Virus record (IMG/VR): IMGVR_UViG_3300046517_002960
Location: 126,217-190,216 of that record
DNA: 64,000 nt
Reading direction: 5' to 3' (one strand)
Origin: a virus
Made by a program: the position numbers and the translations under genes. The notes under the pieces are model-generated. The model saw nothing but the letters and a program-made list of their open reading frames with translations. It did not search any database and had not been told where the DNA came from. Shown here one piece after another: positions 51,660 through 60,957 of the stretch; within the stretch, counting starts at the first letter, position 1; each line of letters opens with the position of its first letter.

Positions 51660-53215
51660 TCAATGCCTCCCATTGCTGCCATGGCCGTTGAGCACCAGGT
51701 CCTGCCGCGACGGGATCCACGCCCCGACGAACTCCGGCGGGCTGGCCTGGACGTGCGCCCGAGCCCTCCGGCGCGTCTCCAGGAAATCGAGGATGAGCTG
51801 GGCATCCTCGCGTTCTTCGCGGGTCGCGCCGTAGTGGCGCTGGGACGCGATGATCTGGCCGAGCTCCTGCTCAGCGGACGGCACCTGGGGGACCGCACCC
51901 GGCGTCGGCTCGGCCAGCCCCTGCTTGGCCAGCTGCTGCAGCTTGTCCGCGGCCAGGTCCATCTCCAGGTCGATCGACGGCTCCATCGACTTGGGGATGC
52001 CGCGGATCGACCGGGCCATCGCGACCATGACTTCCAGCGGGATGAACTCGTTGCCGGCCCCGCCGGGCAGCGGCTCGAGGTCTTCCAGGTCACGGATCTC
52101 ATCGACGCTGCGCAGGCCCATCTCCCGCTGCGCGTGGTAGATCTCTGTCCGCGTCTTCAGGTCCGTCTTCAGCAGGGCATCGGAGTTGAAGCGGCAGTAC
52201 CGGTTCTGCGGCAGCAGCTGGAAGAAGGCCGTTTCCAGTCTCACCAGCCACGGACGCAGCGCCTCGATCACCTGCAGGGTGCTCTGCTCCACTGTGTTGT
52301 AGGTGAGGCTGTCGCCGCGGGTGCCACCGATGCGGTCCGGGGGGAGGTTGAGGATGGAGGCGATCTGCGTGGCGTTCATGCGCAGCGCCTCGATGAACTG
52401 GCTCTCGCTCGGCGGCACGACCACCGGGGAGTACTTCCAGTCGCGGCCGTAGACCAGCGGCTCGCGGCGCCGGATGGTGGCGGTGAGCATGGACCGGATC
52501 TCCTCGGCCTGCTCGCGCGTGATCTCGATCTCGGTATTCTCGAACGTCCCGGGCGGGAAGCCCCCGGCGAGATACCAGTCCGTGCCGTAGCGCTCGGCTT
52601 CCAGGCCGGACAAGATGGTCAGCGCGAACGCGCGCAGCGGGGAGATGCCCTCCATCCGGCCCGGCAGGCTGAACGCCCTGATGTGGAACAGCTCGGAACG
52701 GTCCATCAGGCGGCCGTAGCAGTAGATCCGGGTGCGCAGCGGATTGAACGGCTGCGCCTGGTCCGGCACGACGTCAACGTCCTCGGGCGGCATCCACTCG
52801 ATCGACCGCGGCAGCCCGTAGCCGTCCCGGGAGGTGATCAGGCCCCAGGCATTGCCCTGCAGGAGCAGGCTGGACATGCACTGGAACAGCCAGTCGAACA
52901 GGGTGCCGTCGATGCTGGGCTGGTCGAAGATGGACGGGCCGTCGTACCGGCGGGTGCGCTGGTCGCCGCTGCCGGGCTTGAGGTAGATCTTCAGCGGCAG
53001 CGCGGCGGTGGAGTTGGCCAGCAGCGACACGCCGGAGTACAGCGCGGGCAGCGCGAGCGCCCGGTCAGTGCCGAAGAACGCCCGGGAGGGATGCACCGGG
53101 CCGCCCGTATCGAACTTCCGGGTAACCAGTAGGGATTATCCCAGGGCCTCCACGGCACCCCGCCGATCGCCCGGGCCTCTGTACGGCTCGCGCGTATCTT
53201 CTCGATCAATCCCAT
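51660..53215 (-). CDS. Portal protein interrupted by an 8-nt TTA-containing gap (53125-53118); about 515 aa when joined
   Basis: MGLIEKIR..WDNPYW + KFDTGGPVHPSR..; LLLQGNAW, HIRAF, QIASILNLPP, LTYNTVEQ, LRPWLVRLE. Confidence 0.9.
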
Positions 53216-53418
53216 AACTGCTGTATCACCCCCTCCCATCACAAGGGGGCGCAGAAGGGAACCGCTGACGCGGCAGGACTGGCTCGGACCTCAACAGTCC
53301 CACGGACCTGGGACTCCCCTGCGGACGGAACGGCGGACCCGGCTCCGTTCGGCCGCGGGCTAAGGACTAGCTCACAGCGTACGCCCTGACAGCCGTATTG
53401 TGTTAGGGCCGGGCATTC

Positions 53419-53613
53419 TCATGTCTGGCCGCACGTCACCCGCATGCCGGAAAGCCCGCTCGAGGCCCGCTCGGTGAGCATGTTCACGATCGCCTCGGCG
53501 AACGCCTTCCGGTCAGCGCCCAGCAGGTCCCGGTCCGGGTTGCACGCAGCCGTGTAGGCGATGGCGAACTCGATCTCGCCGGCCAGCGCCTCGCGCGGGA
53601 TGACGATCCTCAT
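53419..53613 (-). CDS. Hypothetical protein
   Basis: TGATG coupling; 64 aa. Confidence 0.55.
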   Translation of the reverse strand: MRIVIPREALAGEIEFAIAYTAACNPDRDLLGADRKAFAEAIVNMLTERASSGLSGMRVTCGQT

Positions 53614-53840
53614 CACGCCTGCGCGGTAGCACCGCCTATCTGCACGTTGACGGTGTTGCCTTCCACGCTCGTGAACTGCAGGCTGCCGGCCTCGCGGATC
53701 GCGGCGGCTATCTCGGCTGCCTGCTCGTCGCTGATCTCCAGCAGGTCCAGCGTGATCGTGGCCATGCCGTCTGCTCCTTCCTGTACCCGGGTTGCCTCGC
53801 GCTCCGCCCGGACCGCGCGCTTGAGATCGCGGTTCGTCAT
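53613..53840 (-). CDS. Hypothetical protein
   Basis: GGAGG SD; 75 aa. Confidence 0.55.
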   Translation of the reverse strand: MTNRDLKRAVRAEREATRVQEGADGMATITLDLLEISDEQAAEIAAAIREAGSLQFTSVEGNTVNVQIGGATAQA

Positions 53841-54274
53841 CAGCCCTCCGTGATCTCGCACGGCGGCAGGTACCACCGCGCATCCGCGGCGAACCAGGTC
53901 CCGTCCGCCGTGCGGAACACTGCCTCATCATCGCTCACCGGGTCCTCGCGCGCCAGGTCATCGAGATCAGCCTGGTGCCAGCGCGGAGATTCTCCGGCCG
54001 GCCGGAGATTAGCGGCCCCGGCAGGCGGGCCGGACAGCTCGCGCAGCCGGGCGCACTCGGCCCTGTACCGGCAGCTCTCAGCGCGTACCCGGCGGCGGTG
54101 CTCCAGCAGGGCCAGGTGCCAGGCCTCCTCAGCTTCCTGCCCGTGGACGACGGGGCCGTCAGCTACGGGCAGGACCGCGCCGCGGACGTACGGGCGGAAC
54201 GCCGCCAGCGCGTCCAGGATCGCGGCCAGCTGGTCCCGGCCGGTGGCGTCGTCCAGCTCAACGATCAGCTTCAC
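53840..54274 (-). CDS. Hypothetical protein
   Basis: GTGA coupling; 144 aa. Confidence 0.6.
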   Translation of the reverse strand: MKLIVELDDATGRDQLAAILDALAAFRPYVRGAVLPVADGPVVHGQEAEEAWHLALLEHRRRVRAESCRYRAECARLRELSGPPAGAANLRPAGESPRWHQADLDDLAREDPVSDDEAVFRTADGTWFAADARWYLPPCEITEG

Positions 54275-54447
54275 TTGCCCAGGTTAGACTTCCTGCCGTC
54301 CGGCTTGCCGCCGTGCTCCACCATCTCGAGCAGCCGGAACTGCTTGACGGCCGTCGCGTGATCCAGCGGGCGGGTGCTGGCGGCCTTCCCGGTCTCGGTG
54401 TTGAAGACCTTCTCCCCGCCGTCGACCTTCCTGATCTCGTACGGCAT
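54271..54447 (-). CDS. Hypothetical protein (MPYEIRK..)
   Basis: GAGGAGG SD. Confidence 0.65.
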   Translation of the reverse strand: MPYEIRKVDGGEKVFNTETGKAASTRPLDHATAVKQFRLLEMVEHGGKPDGRKSNLGK

Positions 54448-54457
54448 GGCGCCTCCT

Positions 54458-54754
54458 CTAGGCCCGGGCAGGGGCAGGGACCGGGCCGGGCGGGGTGCTG
54501 GCGGCCTGGTGCGCGGCGAGCCCGGCGGCGATCTCCTCATCGCTGCGGCCCAGGCCCTTCCAGTAGCCGTACCGGGCCGAGACCGCGCAGAACGCCAGGC
54601 CGCGCCACAGGCCGCCGGCGACGAAGCCGATGCCGAAGAACAGCCCGGCGACCACGGTGGCGGCCACCCGGCCGGGCGAGGGGGCGGCCCGTGCCTGGGC
54701 GCCCAGCTCCTCCACCGGCAGGGTGTCGCGCCGGGACCTGAGCGTGGTGGCCAT
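54458..54754 (-). CDS. Membrane protein
   Basis: VAATVVAGLFFGIGFVAGGLW. Confidence 0.65.
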   Translation of the reverse strand: MATTLRSRRDTLPVEELGAQARAAPSPGRVAATVVAGLFFGIGFVAGGLWRGLAFCAVSARYGYWKGLGRSDEEIAAGLAAHQAASTPPGPVPAPARA

Positions 54755-55110
54755 CAGGCCTTCTCCCGCTTGCGGTCCCGCTCGGCCTCGGCGGATTCGG
54801 GCTGTGCTTCGCCGGCTTTGTTCCCGGACGCGGGCACCGTCTCGGACCCGGCTTCCGGCGCGGCAGCCGAGGCGGCAGCTGCCTCGGCGGCGTCCTGCGG
54901 CGGGCCGCCTGGCGCCCGCGCGATCTCCTGCTCGGCGAGCGGGTCCGCGGCGATCGCGGTGTTCTCCGGCATCCGGGACTCTATCTCGCGTTCCTGCTGC
55001 GCCAGGACCTCGGCCGGCGGGTGCTCGGCCTCCCACTGGCTATCTGGCACGCCGTGATGCTCCTGCGCGGCGGCCTGGTCCTTCTCGTCCTTCTTGGCCT
55101 TGTCAGCCAT
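54754..55110 (-). CDS. Acidic low-complexity protein
   Basis: GGAAGG SD; 118 aa. Confidence 0.6.
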   Translation of the reverse strand: MADKAKKDEKDQAAAQEHHGVPDSQWEAEHPPAEVLAQQEREIESRMPENTAIAADPLAEQEIARAPGGPPQDAAEAAAASAAAPEAGSETVPASGNKAGEAQPESAEAERDRKREKA

Positions 55111-55324
55111 CTGCCTTCCCTTCGCTCTCATCCTCATCCTGCTTCGCCCGCTTGCCCCGGGCGGGGGGCTCGTCCTGCTGCGGGGGCTGGCTTACCGGCG
55201 CCGCCGCCCCGGACTCCGGTGCCCGCAGGTCAGCCCACACCCGGGGATCCATGGCGGCCTGGTCATGCGCGGCCCGGGCCGCTTCCTCGTCGTGCGCCCG
55301 GTCCCTGGCCTTCTTCGCGGTCAT
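55103..55324 (-). CDS. Hypothetical protein
   Basis: GAGGAGG SD. Confidence 0.6.
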   Translation of the reverse strand: MTAKKARDRAHDEEAARAAHDQAAMDPRVWADLRAPESGAAAPVSQPPQQDEPPARGKRAKQDEDESEGKADG

Positions 55325-55351
55325 CGTCCTCCTCTATCCCGCAGATTCGGG

Positions 55352-57048
55352 TCAACCCACTGATTTCAGGGGGTCGTAGCTGTACCGCTTCCTGTTCAGC
55401 CCCCACAGCGCGTCGGTGCCGGAGCTGACCGGGGTGATGTCCGATTCGCTGTCGCGGCGGGACCAGGCCCGGCCGCCGTCGCCGACGTCGCGGGTCTCCG
55501 CGCTGGCCACCGCGCTGTGCAGCCCGGGAGCCTGCTCGCGGCCCAGGTGGATGAGCCGCTGGTGCGGGTCCGGGTGCCGGGCGGTCGTGACGAACAGCGC
55601 GAACGCGGCGGCCTCGTCGGCGGAGCTCATCGCGGTCACCTCGATGCCGGCCTTCTCCAGGTCCGGGATCAGCGCGGCGGCCGGGCCGTTCTTCGGCACC
55701 ACGACGGCGGCCGGCTTCCAGGCCCGCTTCAGCCGCAGCAGCTCCGGCACGACCCACCTGGCGCCCTCCCGGTGGCAGCCGCGCGGGATCTCGATGACCG
55801 GCCGCTGCCTGCCGTCCGGGCCGGGCCGGTACCAGCAGGCGGAGATCGCGGCCGAGAGCATGTCCGGGTCGATGTCGACGGCGAACACCACCGGCCGGGT
55901 GGCGCCGCCGGGGTCAGCCATGGCGCAGGCCTGCCAGGACTCCTCGCTGATCACCGCCCAGGCCTCGTCGCCGGCCGGCCAGTCTCCCACTCCCAGCCGC
56001 TCGCGGTCGAACGTGTTCCCCAGGGTCATCGCGGCCAGCTCGTGCGCGACGTGGTCCGCGGAGATCCGCACGCCGAGCGCGGGGTTGGCCTTAGCCCAGG
56101 CCCGCGGGTCGTCCCGGTCATCGTGCAGCGCGCAGGTGATGTACCGGTTGGTTTTCCGGCCGCGGATCTCGTCGCGGGAGCAGGTATCGAGGTGCGGGTT
56201 GATGCTCCACTCGGCGCCCATCAGCCGCGGGTCGCGCTGCAGCACCCGGCGGCGCACCGAGGCGAGCTGGACGCTGTCCTTGTAGCCGGCGCTGGCCGTG
56301 TAGATGACCTGCGGGTTCGGCACCGCGGACAGGGTGGGCAGGGACGCGCCGACCACCTCGTCGGACAAGATCATCGCCTCGTCGTAGACCACCGTGTCCG
56401 CGGTGAAGGCCCGGCCGGAGCCGCGGGAGCGGGCCAGGAACCGCAGCCGCCCCGCGACGTTGCGGCGGATGCGCCGCCCGCCGGGGCCGAAGATCAGCGT
56501 CGACTTGGGCTTGAGCTCGATCGCCTCGTCGCCGTGGGACGTGGTGACCGCCTTGACCCGGCGGCGGAGCTCGTCGTAGGCGGTCACCACGTCCCGGACC
56601 CGGCGGAAGTGCTCGGCAGCGGCCTTGAACTCAGTAATTCGTGGGCTGTATGGATAATCATCGATTCTCCGAACAAAAACAGCCCAGCGAGTTCCCTCAC
56701 CTCCAGACATGTGTTCTTGCCGTTCTGCCGGCTGAGGACCAGGTAGTTCTCGAACGACGCCCAGCGCCCGTCCGGGCGGGTGCCGCACAGCTCGGTCAGG
56801 AACCAGCCCTGCCACGGGTCCAGCTCGTAGCCGAAGTTCGGCGCCCACCCGAGCATGTCGGCGGAGGTGCGCTCGCCGCACCCGGCCCGGTAACCGGGAT
56901 CGGCGCAGGCCGGGCAGTCCGCGGCCTTGTCCCGGTGCCGCGCCGGCGCGGTCCAGAACCGGGGCGCCTGGCCGCCGAGCGCGTCGGCGCCGCGCAGCAC
57001 GGAGCCGTCTGGCAGCCAGACATCGCCGATAACGGACAGCGCGGACAT
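55352..57048 (-). CDS. terL: Terminase large subunit interrupted by an 8-nt TTA-containing gap (56637-56630); about 562 aa when joined
   Basis: Walker A LSRQNGKNT and IIHTAHE in one frame; FKAAAEHF, Walker B VVYDEAM, ANPALG and nuclease AVDIDPD in the -1 frame. Confidence 0.92.
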
Positions 57049-57279
57049 AACCGGGGCCGGGGCCTCCTGACGGGACGAGGGAGGTCCCCGGCTCCGCGTG
57101 CGGCCTCGGGGGGCATCGCTGCTGCTAAGAGTAACGCTAACCCCGGTACGCGGACAGGCCCCGCGCGGCTAGGGGGGGAAGCCGGCACGGGGCCTGCGGC
57201 GAACGTCTTCTATGCCGCGGTCCGCCGGCGCGGCGCTCCTTGCGGGATTGCCGGTCCAGCGTACCGCAAGAAACGGGAC

Positions 57280-57372
57280 TCAGGCAGCGGGCGAGGTGGG
57301 GACCGCCAGGTAGGCGATGTCCTCGGCCGCCTCACCGGTCGTCGGCTCGCTGCGGTCGATGCTGAATTTCAT
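57280..57372 (-). CDS. 30-aa peptide MKFSIDRSEPTTGEAAEDIAYLAVPTSPAA
   Basis: AAGGGAG SD; high GC3. Confidence 0.55.
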   Translation of the reverse strand: MKFSIDRSEPTTGEAAEDIAYLAVPTSPAA

Positions 57373-57385
57373 GCTTCTCCCTTAT

Positions 57386-57550
57386 TCAGCTACGGCCGCT
57401 CCTGGCGTGAAAGGAGTACGCCTTCCGGGCTATCCGCTCGGCCTCGTCCAGCTCGGCCCGCTGGGCGGGGGTCCAGTACCAGCCGAGCAGGAACCGCGCG
57501 CTCCGGGCCAGCCAGAGCACGCTCAGGTCCTTAACCTGCTTCCGGTTCAT
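57386..57550 (-). CDS. Hypothetical 54-aa protein
   Basis: ATGA coupling; GAGGA SD. Confidence 0.55.
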   Translation of the reverse strand: MNRKQVKDLSVLWLARSARFLLGWYWTPAQRAELDEAERIARKAYSFHARSGRS

Positions 57551-57686
57551 GACGTCCTCACCTGGTCTATCTCGGCGAGGATGCCCTGGACCTTGCTGAT
57601 CACGGTCCGGCGGCGCTCATTCTCGGCCGTGAGCACGGCTTCCAGCTGCGTCCCGAACGGGCGCCCGCGCCGCTAACCCGGGTCAC
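57547..57686 (-). CDS. Small protein, possibly with an 8-nt gap after codon 3
   Basis: GTG ACC CGG [GTTAGCGG] CGC GGG..; the downstream frame has strong GC3. Confidence 0.35.
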
Positions 57687-57907
57687 CGCGGGCTCCTGGC
57701 GCGCTCCACGGCCCGGCGGCGGCGCTCGGCGGCCTGGCCCAGCTTGCGCACCGCGGCGCGCAGGTCGGCGTCCCGGTGCCGTCCGGTGAACCAGCCGCGG
57801 TTGCTGCGGCGGTCGCTCTCCAGCTCAGCCAGCAGAGCGCTGAGCTGGTACAGGTTCAGGTACACGCCGGCCGGCCAGCGCGCGGCCCGCTCCTCCCGGG
57901 CGGTCAC
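57683..57907 (-). CDS. Hypothetical basic protein
   Basis: GTGA coupling; 74 aa. Confidence 0.55.
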   Translation of the reverse strand: MTAREERAARWPAGVYLNLYQLSALLAELESDRRSNRGWFTGRHRDADLRAAVRKLGQAAERRRRAVERARSPR

Positions 57908-58143
57908 AGGATCTCCGGCGCGGGCTCGTGGACGATATAGTCCGGGACCGTGCCCTGGCCGATCTTGCTCAGCGGGGCCTTGACGCAGACCTCCAGGCCG
58001 TTCTCGTCCTCCCAGGTGCCCCGGGAGGTCCAGTGGATCTTATGATCGCCGTGCCTGCAGCGCGCGGTCCCGGCCCGCAGGCCTGCCTCGATCCCCGCCA
58101 GAGCGTCTTCCCAGTCGCGCTCGTCTCCCGCCGTGGCGGCCAT
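57904..58143 (-). CDS. Hypothetical protein
   Basis: AGGAG SD; CRHGDH..C..H. Confidence 0.55.
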   Translation of the reverse strand: MAATAGDERDWEDALAGIEAGLRAGTARCRHGDHKIHWTSRGTWEDENGLEVCVKAPLSKIGQGTVPDYIVHEPAPEIL

Positions 58144-58230
58144 AGGCTGTCTCCTGTCCGGTGGCATCTCACTGTCAGGATACCGCGTGATACAGGCAGC
58201 CGCACCTCATCCCGTGCTGCGCGATACGGG

Positions 58231-58671
58231 TCAGGTGTCCCCGGTAGCCGCCAGGCGGCGCTCCCGGCGGTCCCGCACCTCATCGGTGACGTCGCCCGCC
58301 GACCCGCCCGGCGCGGAGTCGAACAGCTGGGTCATGTGCATGCGCAGCTCGCGGGCGTGCCCGGCCAGGTCCCGGGCGGTCAGCGCCCCGGTGTCGATCT
58401 CCCGGGCCAGCCGCAGCGCGGTCGCGGCCAGCGCCCCGGCGCGCATCGACGGCGGCAGGGCCTTCAGGTCCCGGGCAGCGGCGGCCTCCACCGGGCCTTT
58501 GCGGTGGGCAGGCTGGCGCGGCGGGCGGGGCTCCGCGGGCGGCTCGGCGCGGGCCGTGCTGTAGGCGGCGTCCGGGCCGAGCGCAAGCCGGTCCAACTCG
58601 CTCGCCTGCTCCAGGTCGCCCGGATCGTCCAGCACGGCGTTGATCCGGTCCGTGATATCCGGCTCGGGCAT
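58231..58671 (-). CDS. Probable terminase small subunit
   Basis: ATALRLAREIDTG..ARELR..DEVRDRRERR, typical of actinophage TerS; upstream of terL. Confidence 0.7.
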   Translation of the reverse strand: MPEPDITDRINAVLDDPGDLEQASELDRLALGPDAAYSTARAEPPAEPRPPRQPAHRKGPVEAAAARDLKALPPSMRAGALAATALRLAREIDTGALTARDLAGHARELRMHMTQLFDSAPGGSAGDVTDEVRDRRERRLAATGDT

Positions 58672-58729
58672 CAGGTCCTCATCTCGAAGACCCGGCTCCG
58701 TATGGCCGCGGGGCAGTTACAGGGCAATT

Positions 58730-59221
58730 CTAGGCCTGCTGCTCCCGCCAGGCCTGCAGGAGCGCGGCAGCCTCACTGTCGCCGGGATAGGTGACGCGGG
58801 TCACGCGCACCCCGCCGGAGCCGGATTCGATGCTCACCCAGTCACCGGCTTCCACAGCGGCCCGGGCTACGTCCCCGGTGAGGGTCTCGGTCAGCTCCCA
58901 CTCCCGGAGCCCGGGAACCATTACCGTTCCAGGGCCTGTCGTCCCGGGGGTAATGACCTCACCGCAGAGCGGGCATTCGTAGTGATCGAGCGGCTGGTAA
59001 TCCCCGTCGCACTGGCTGCACCAGTGATTCTCGTCGTAGACGGCGCGCAGGGTGGGGTAGTAGTCACCAGCTTCGTAGTCGCACCAGTGATCATGGCCGG
59101 CCCGGTCGGTCCAGCGCCAGTTCCGGTCCAGGTCGCTCAGGTAGGCGACCTCGGTGAGCGCCTGGCGGAAAGTGAGCACCTGCCCGGCCGGGCCTGTGCA
59201 GCTGAAGCTGGCCTGCGCCAT
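58730..59221 (-). CDS. Hypothetical Zn-ribbon protein
   Basis: WCSQC..CPLCG. Confidence 0.6.
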   Translation of the reverse strand: MAQASFSCTGPAGQVLTFRQALTEVAYLSDLDRNWRWTDRAGHDHWCDYEAGDYYPTLRAVYDENHWCSQCDGDYQPLDHYECPLCGEVITPGTTGPGTVMVPGLREWELTETLTGDVARAAVEAGDWVSIESGSGGVRVTRVTYPGDSEAAALLQAWREQQA

Positions 59222-59424
59222 GCCGTCAGCTTATGCCGATACCGAAAACAGGCAGGTTATCGCCTTCAACGGGAATCGGGTACAGGTACAATCCCCGCGA
59301 TGTCAGCCACTCCCGGAACGGCCCCTGGATTTCCGGTATCATGACCACCTGGATCAGCAGCGGCTCCGCAGCGCGACTGCCCCCGGCCCGCGATTCCCGG
59401 GCTTGCTCACGCGCGTCCTCCATG

Positions 59425-59724
59425 TCACTCGCCCAGGGTAAACGGGGCCAGCTCGATCTCGAAGACCTGCCACACCGGGATGCCGTCCTCGCCAGGCGGT
59501 CCCCACTGCGCGTGCACGGGCCGCCAGGACTGGCGGATCAGCGGCTGCGGGCAGTGCCATTCCCGCCAGTAGGTGCCGGGCGGCTCGCCTTCGACCAGCT
59601 CGCGCCACTGCACGGCCCGGTCATCCTTGCGGGCGCGCAGGGTCGCGGCAAAGTCCCGCATCACCGCGGCGTCTTCCGGGCTCAGCGGCCGACCGTCGAA
59701 ATTGCACCGTGCCCACCCGGTCAT
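59425..59724 (-). CDS. Hypothetical protein
   Basis: 99 aa; ATGA coupling. Confidence 0.55.
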   Translation of the reverse strand: MTGWARCNFDGRPLSPEDAAVMRDFAATLRARKDDRAVQWRELVEGEPPGTYWREWHCPQPLIRQSWRPVHAQWGPPGEDGIPVWQVFEIELAPFTLGE

Positions 59725-60134
59725 GTTCCCGGCCCGTCCTGAATCTCCGCCCTGGGCCTGGTCCTGCGCTCGGCCTTCTCCAGCGCGCGGATCTCGTTGT
59801 AATCAGCCGGGGGACGACGGGCGATCTGGCGCAGGGCCTTCTCATGCAGCCCGTAGATGATCACGAGCTCCCCCACAGCGCCGCGCCGATCCGGACCCGC
59901 CTGCCAAGCCGGTACTTGCGGATGACAGCGACCTCCGCCGGCGTCCTGTCCTTGTCAGCCATTGCTCACGCTCACTTTCACTCCAGGCTACCGAGCCCTG
60001 GCCCTGCGGGCACTCGTATCCGAGGAACTGGTGCAGCGCCTGGTCACTGCCGCATTCCGGGCAGCCGCGGCGGCGCTTCATCGGGCCGTGCACCTCGCAC
60101 TCGAGCGGGACGGCCAGCAGGTCCTCGCGCAGGC

Positions 60135-60476
60135 TCACAGCGTGTCCCGCAGGCCGAGCAGGGCCTTGACCGCCTCAGCCCCGGCGATGGCGGTGAACCG
60201 GACCCCGGCGACGGCCAGCCGGTCCAGCCGGGCCGCATCGGCGGCGTTGCACAGCCAGTGCGCCGCGCGCAGGTTCCGCAGGGTGTTGGTGCCGCCGTCG
60301 CAGCGCCGGATCTTGTGATCGACAGACGGCCGCCAGTCATCGGCGGAGCCGGCCAGCGCTTTGTCGATGACCCGGCCGCCCAGCTCATCCGGATGCAGGC
60401 ACCGGGGCATCATGCACTGCCAGTGGTAGTACTCCAGCACCTTGAGTTTCTTGTCCCGCTTCAGCTTGGCTGCCAT
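60135..60476 (-). CDS. HNH endonuclease (packaging-associated type)
   Basis: WQCMMPRC..PSVDHKI..GGTN..NLRAAHWLCN; near the terminase genes. Confidence 0.85.
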   Translation of the reverse strand: MAAKLKRDKKLKVLEYYHWQCMMPRCLHPDELGGRVIDKALAGSADDWRPSVDHKIRRCDGGTNTLRNLRAAHWLCNAADAARLDRLAVAGVRFTAIAGAEAVKALLGLRDTL

Positions 60477-60798
60477 GGCCCGTCCCGGGTGCTCTTGCCC
60501 ATGTGCGTCTCCTGATCGTGTCTTGCGTCATATCGTATTACCGGACCGTCTCAGCCTGGGTGTGCACGACCACGCGGACCGGTCTCCCGGCCAGGACCGA
60601 AAGCCGCGCCCGCCACGGCATGTGCCCGGGCAGGACCGATGCGAACGGAGGTTCCGCGCAGGCACCCTGGCACTCGTCCTGCCAGTCCCGGGTGTACCCG
60701 CGGCACCCGGGGCAGTGCGTGACACCGGAGCCAGGGAAATGATCGCCGCTCTCCATGCGTTCAGTATACTGCGTAAGACAGCGAGATCAGGAGACCAG

Positions 60799-60957
60799 AT
60801 GCCAGGCTACGCAGACGAAAATCCCGGCTCCGGGCAGGCCCCTGCCCCCGATGAGGACACCGCGGGCGAACCGGCGGGGCAGGAAGCGGAACTCCCGGCT
60901 GACCAGCCTGAGCCCGCCGTGCTCAACCCGGAGCTGATCATCCGGGGCACATGGTGA
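60799..60957 (+). CDS. Acidic 52-aa protein
   Basis: AGGAG SD. Confidence 0.55.
   Translation: MPGYADENPGSGQAPAPDEDTAGEPAGQEAELPADQPEPAVLNPELIIRGTW

Noticed and set aside
55352-57048. Intron or intein explanation for the terL break
   Set aside because: The gap is only 8 nt, far too short for any self-splicing element.
51660-57048. terL and portal as plain pseudogenes or sequencing errors
   Set aside because: Independent 7-8 nt insertions all starting with TTA and flanked by matched codons are unlikely as random damage, and the rest of each gene is intact. Raw reads should still be checked.
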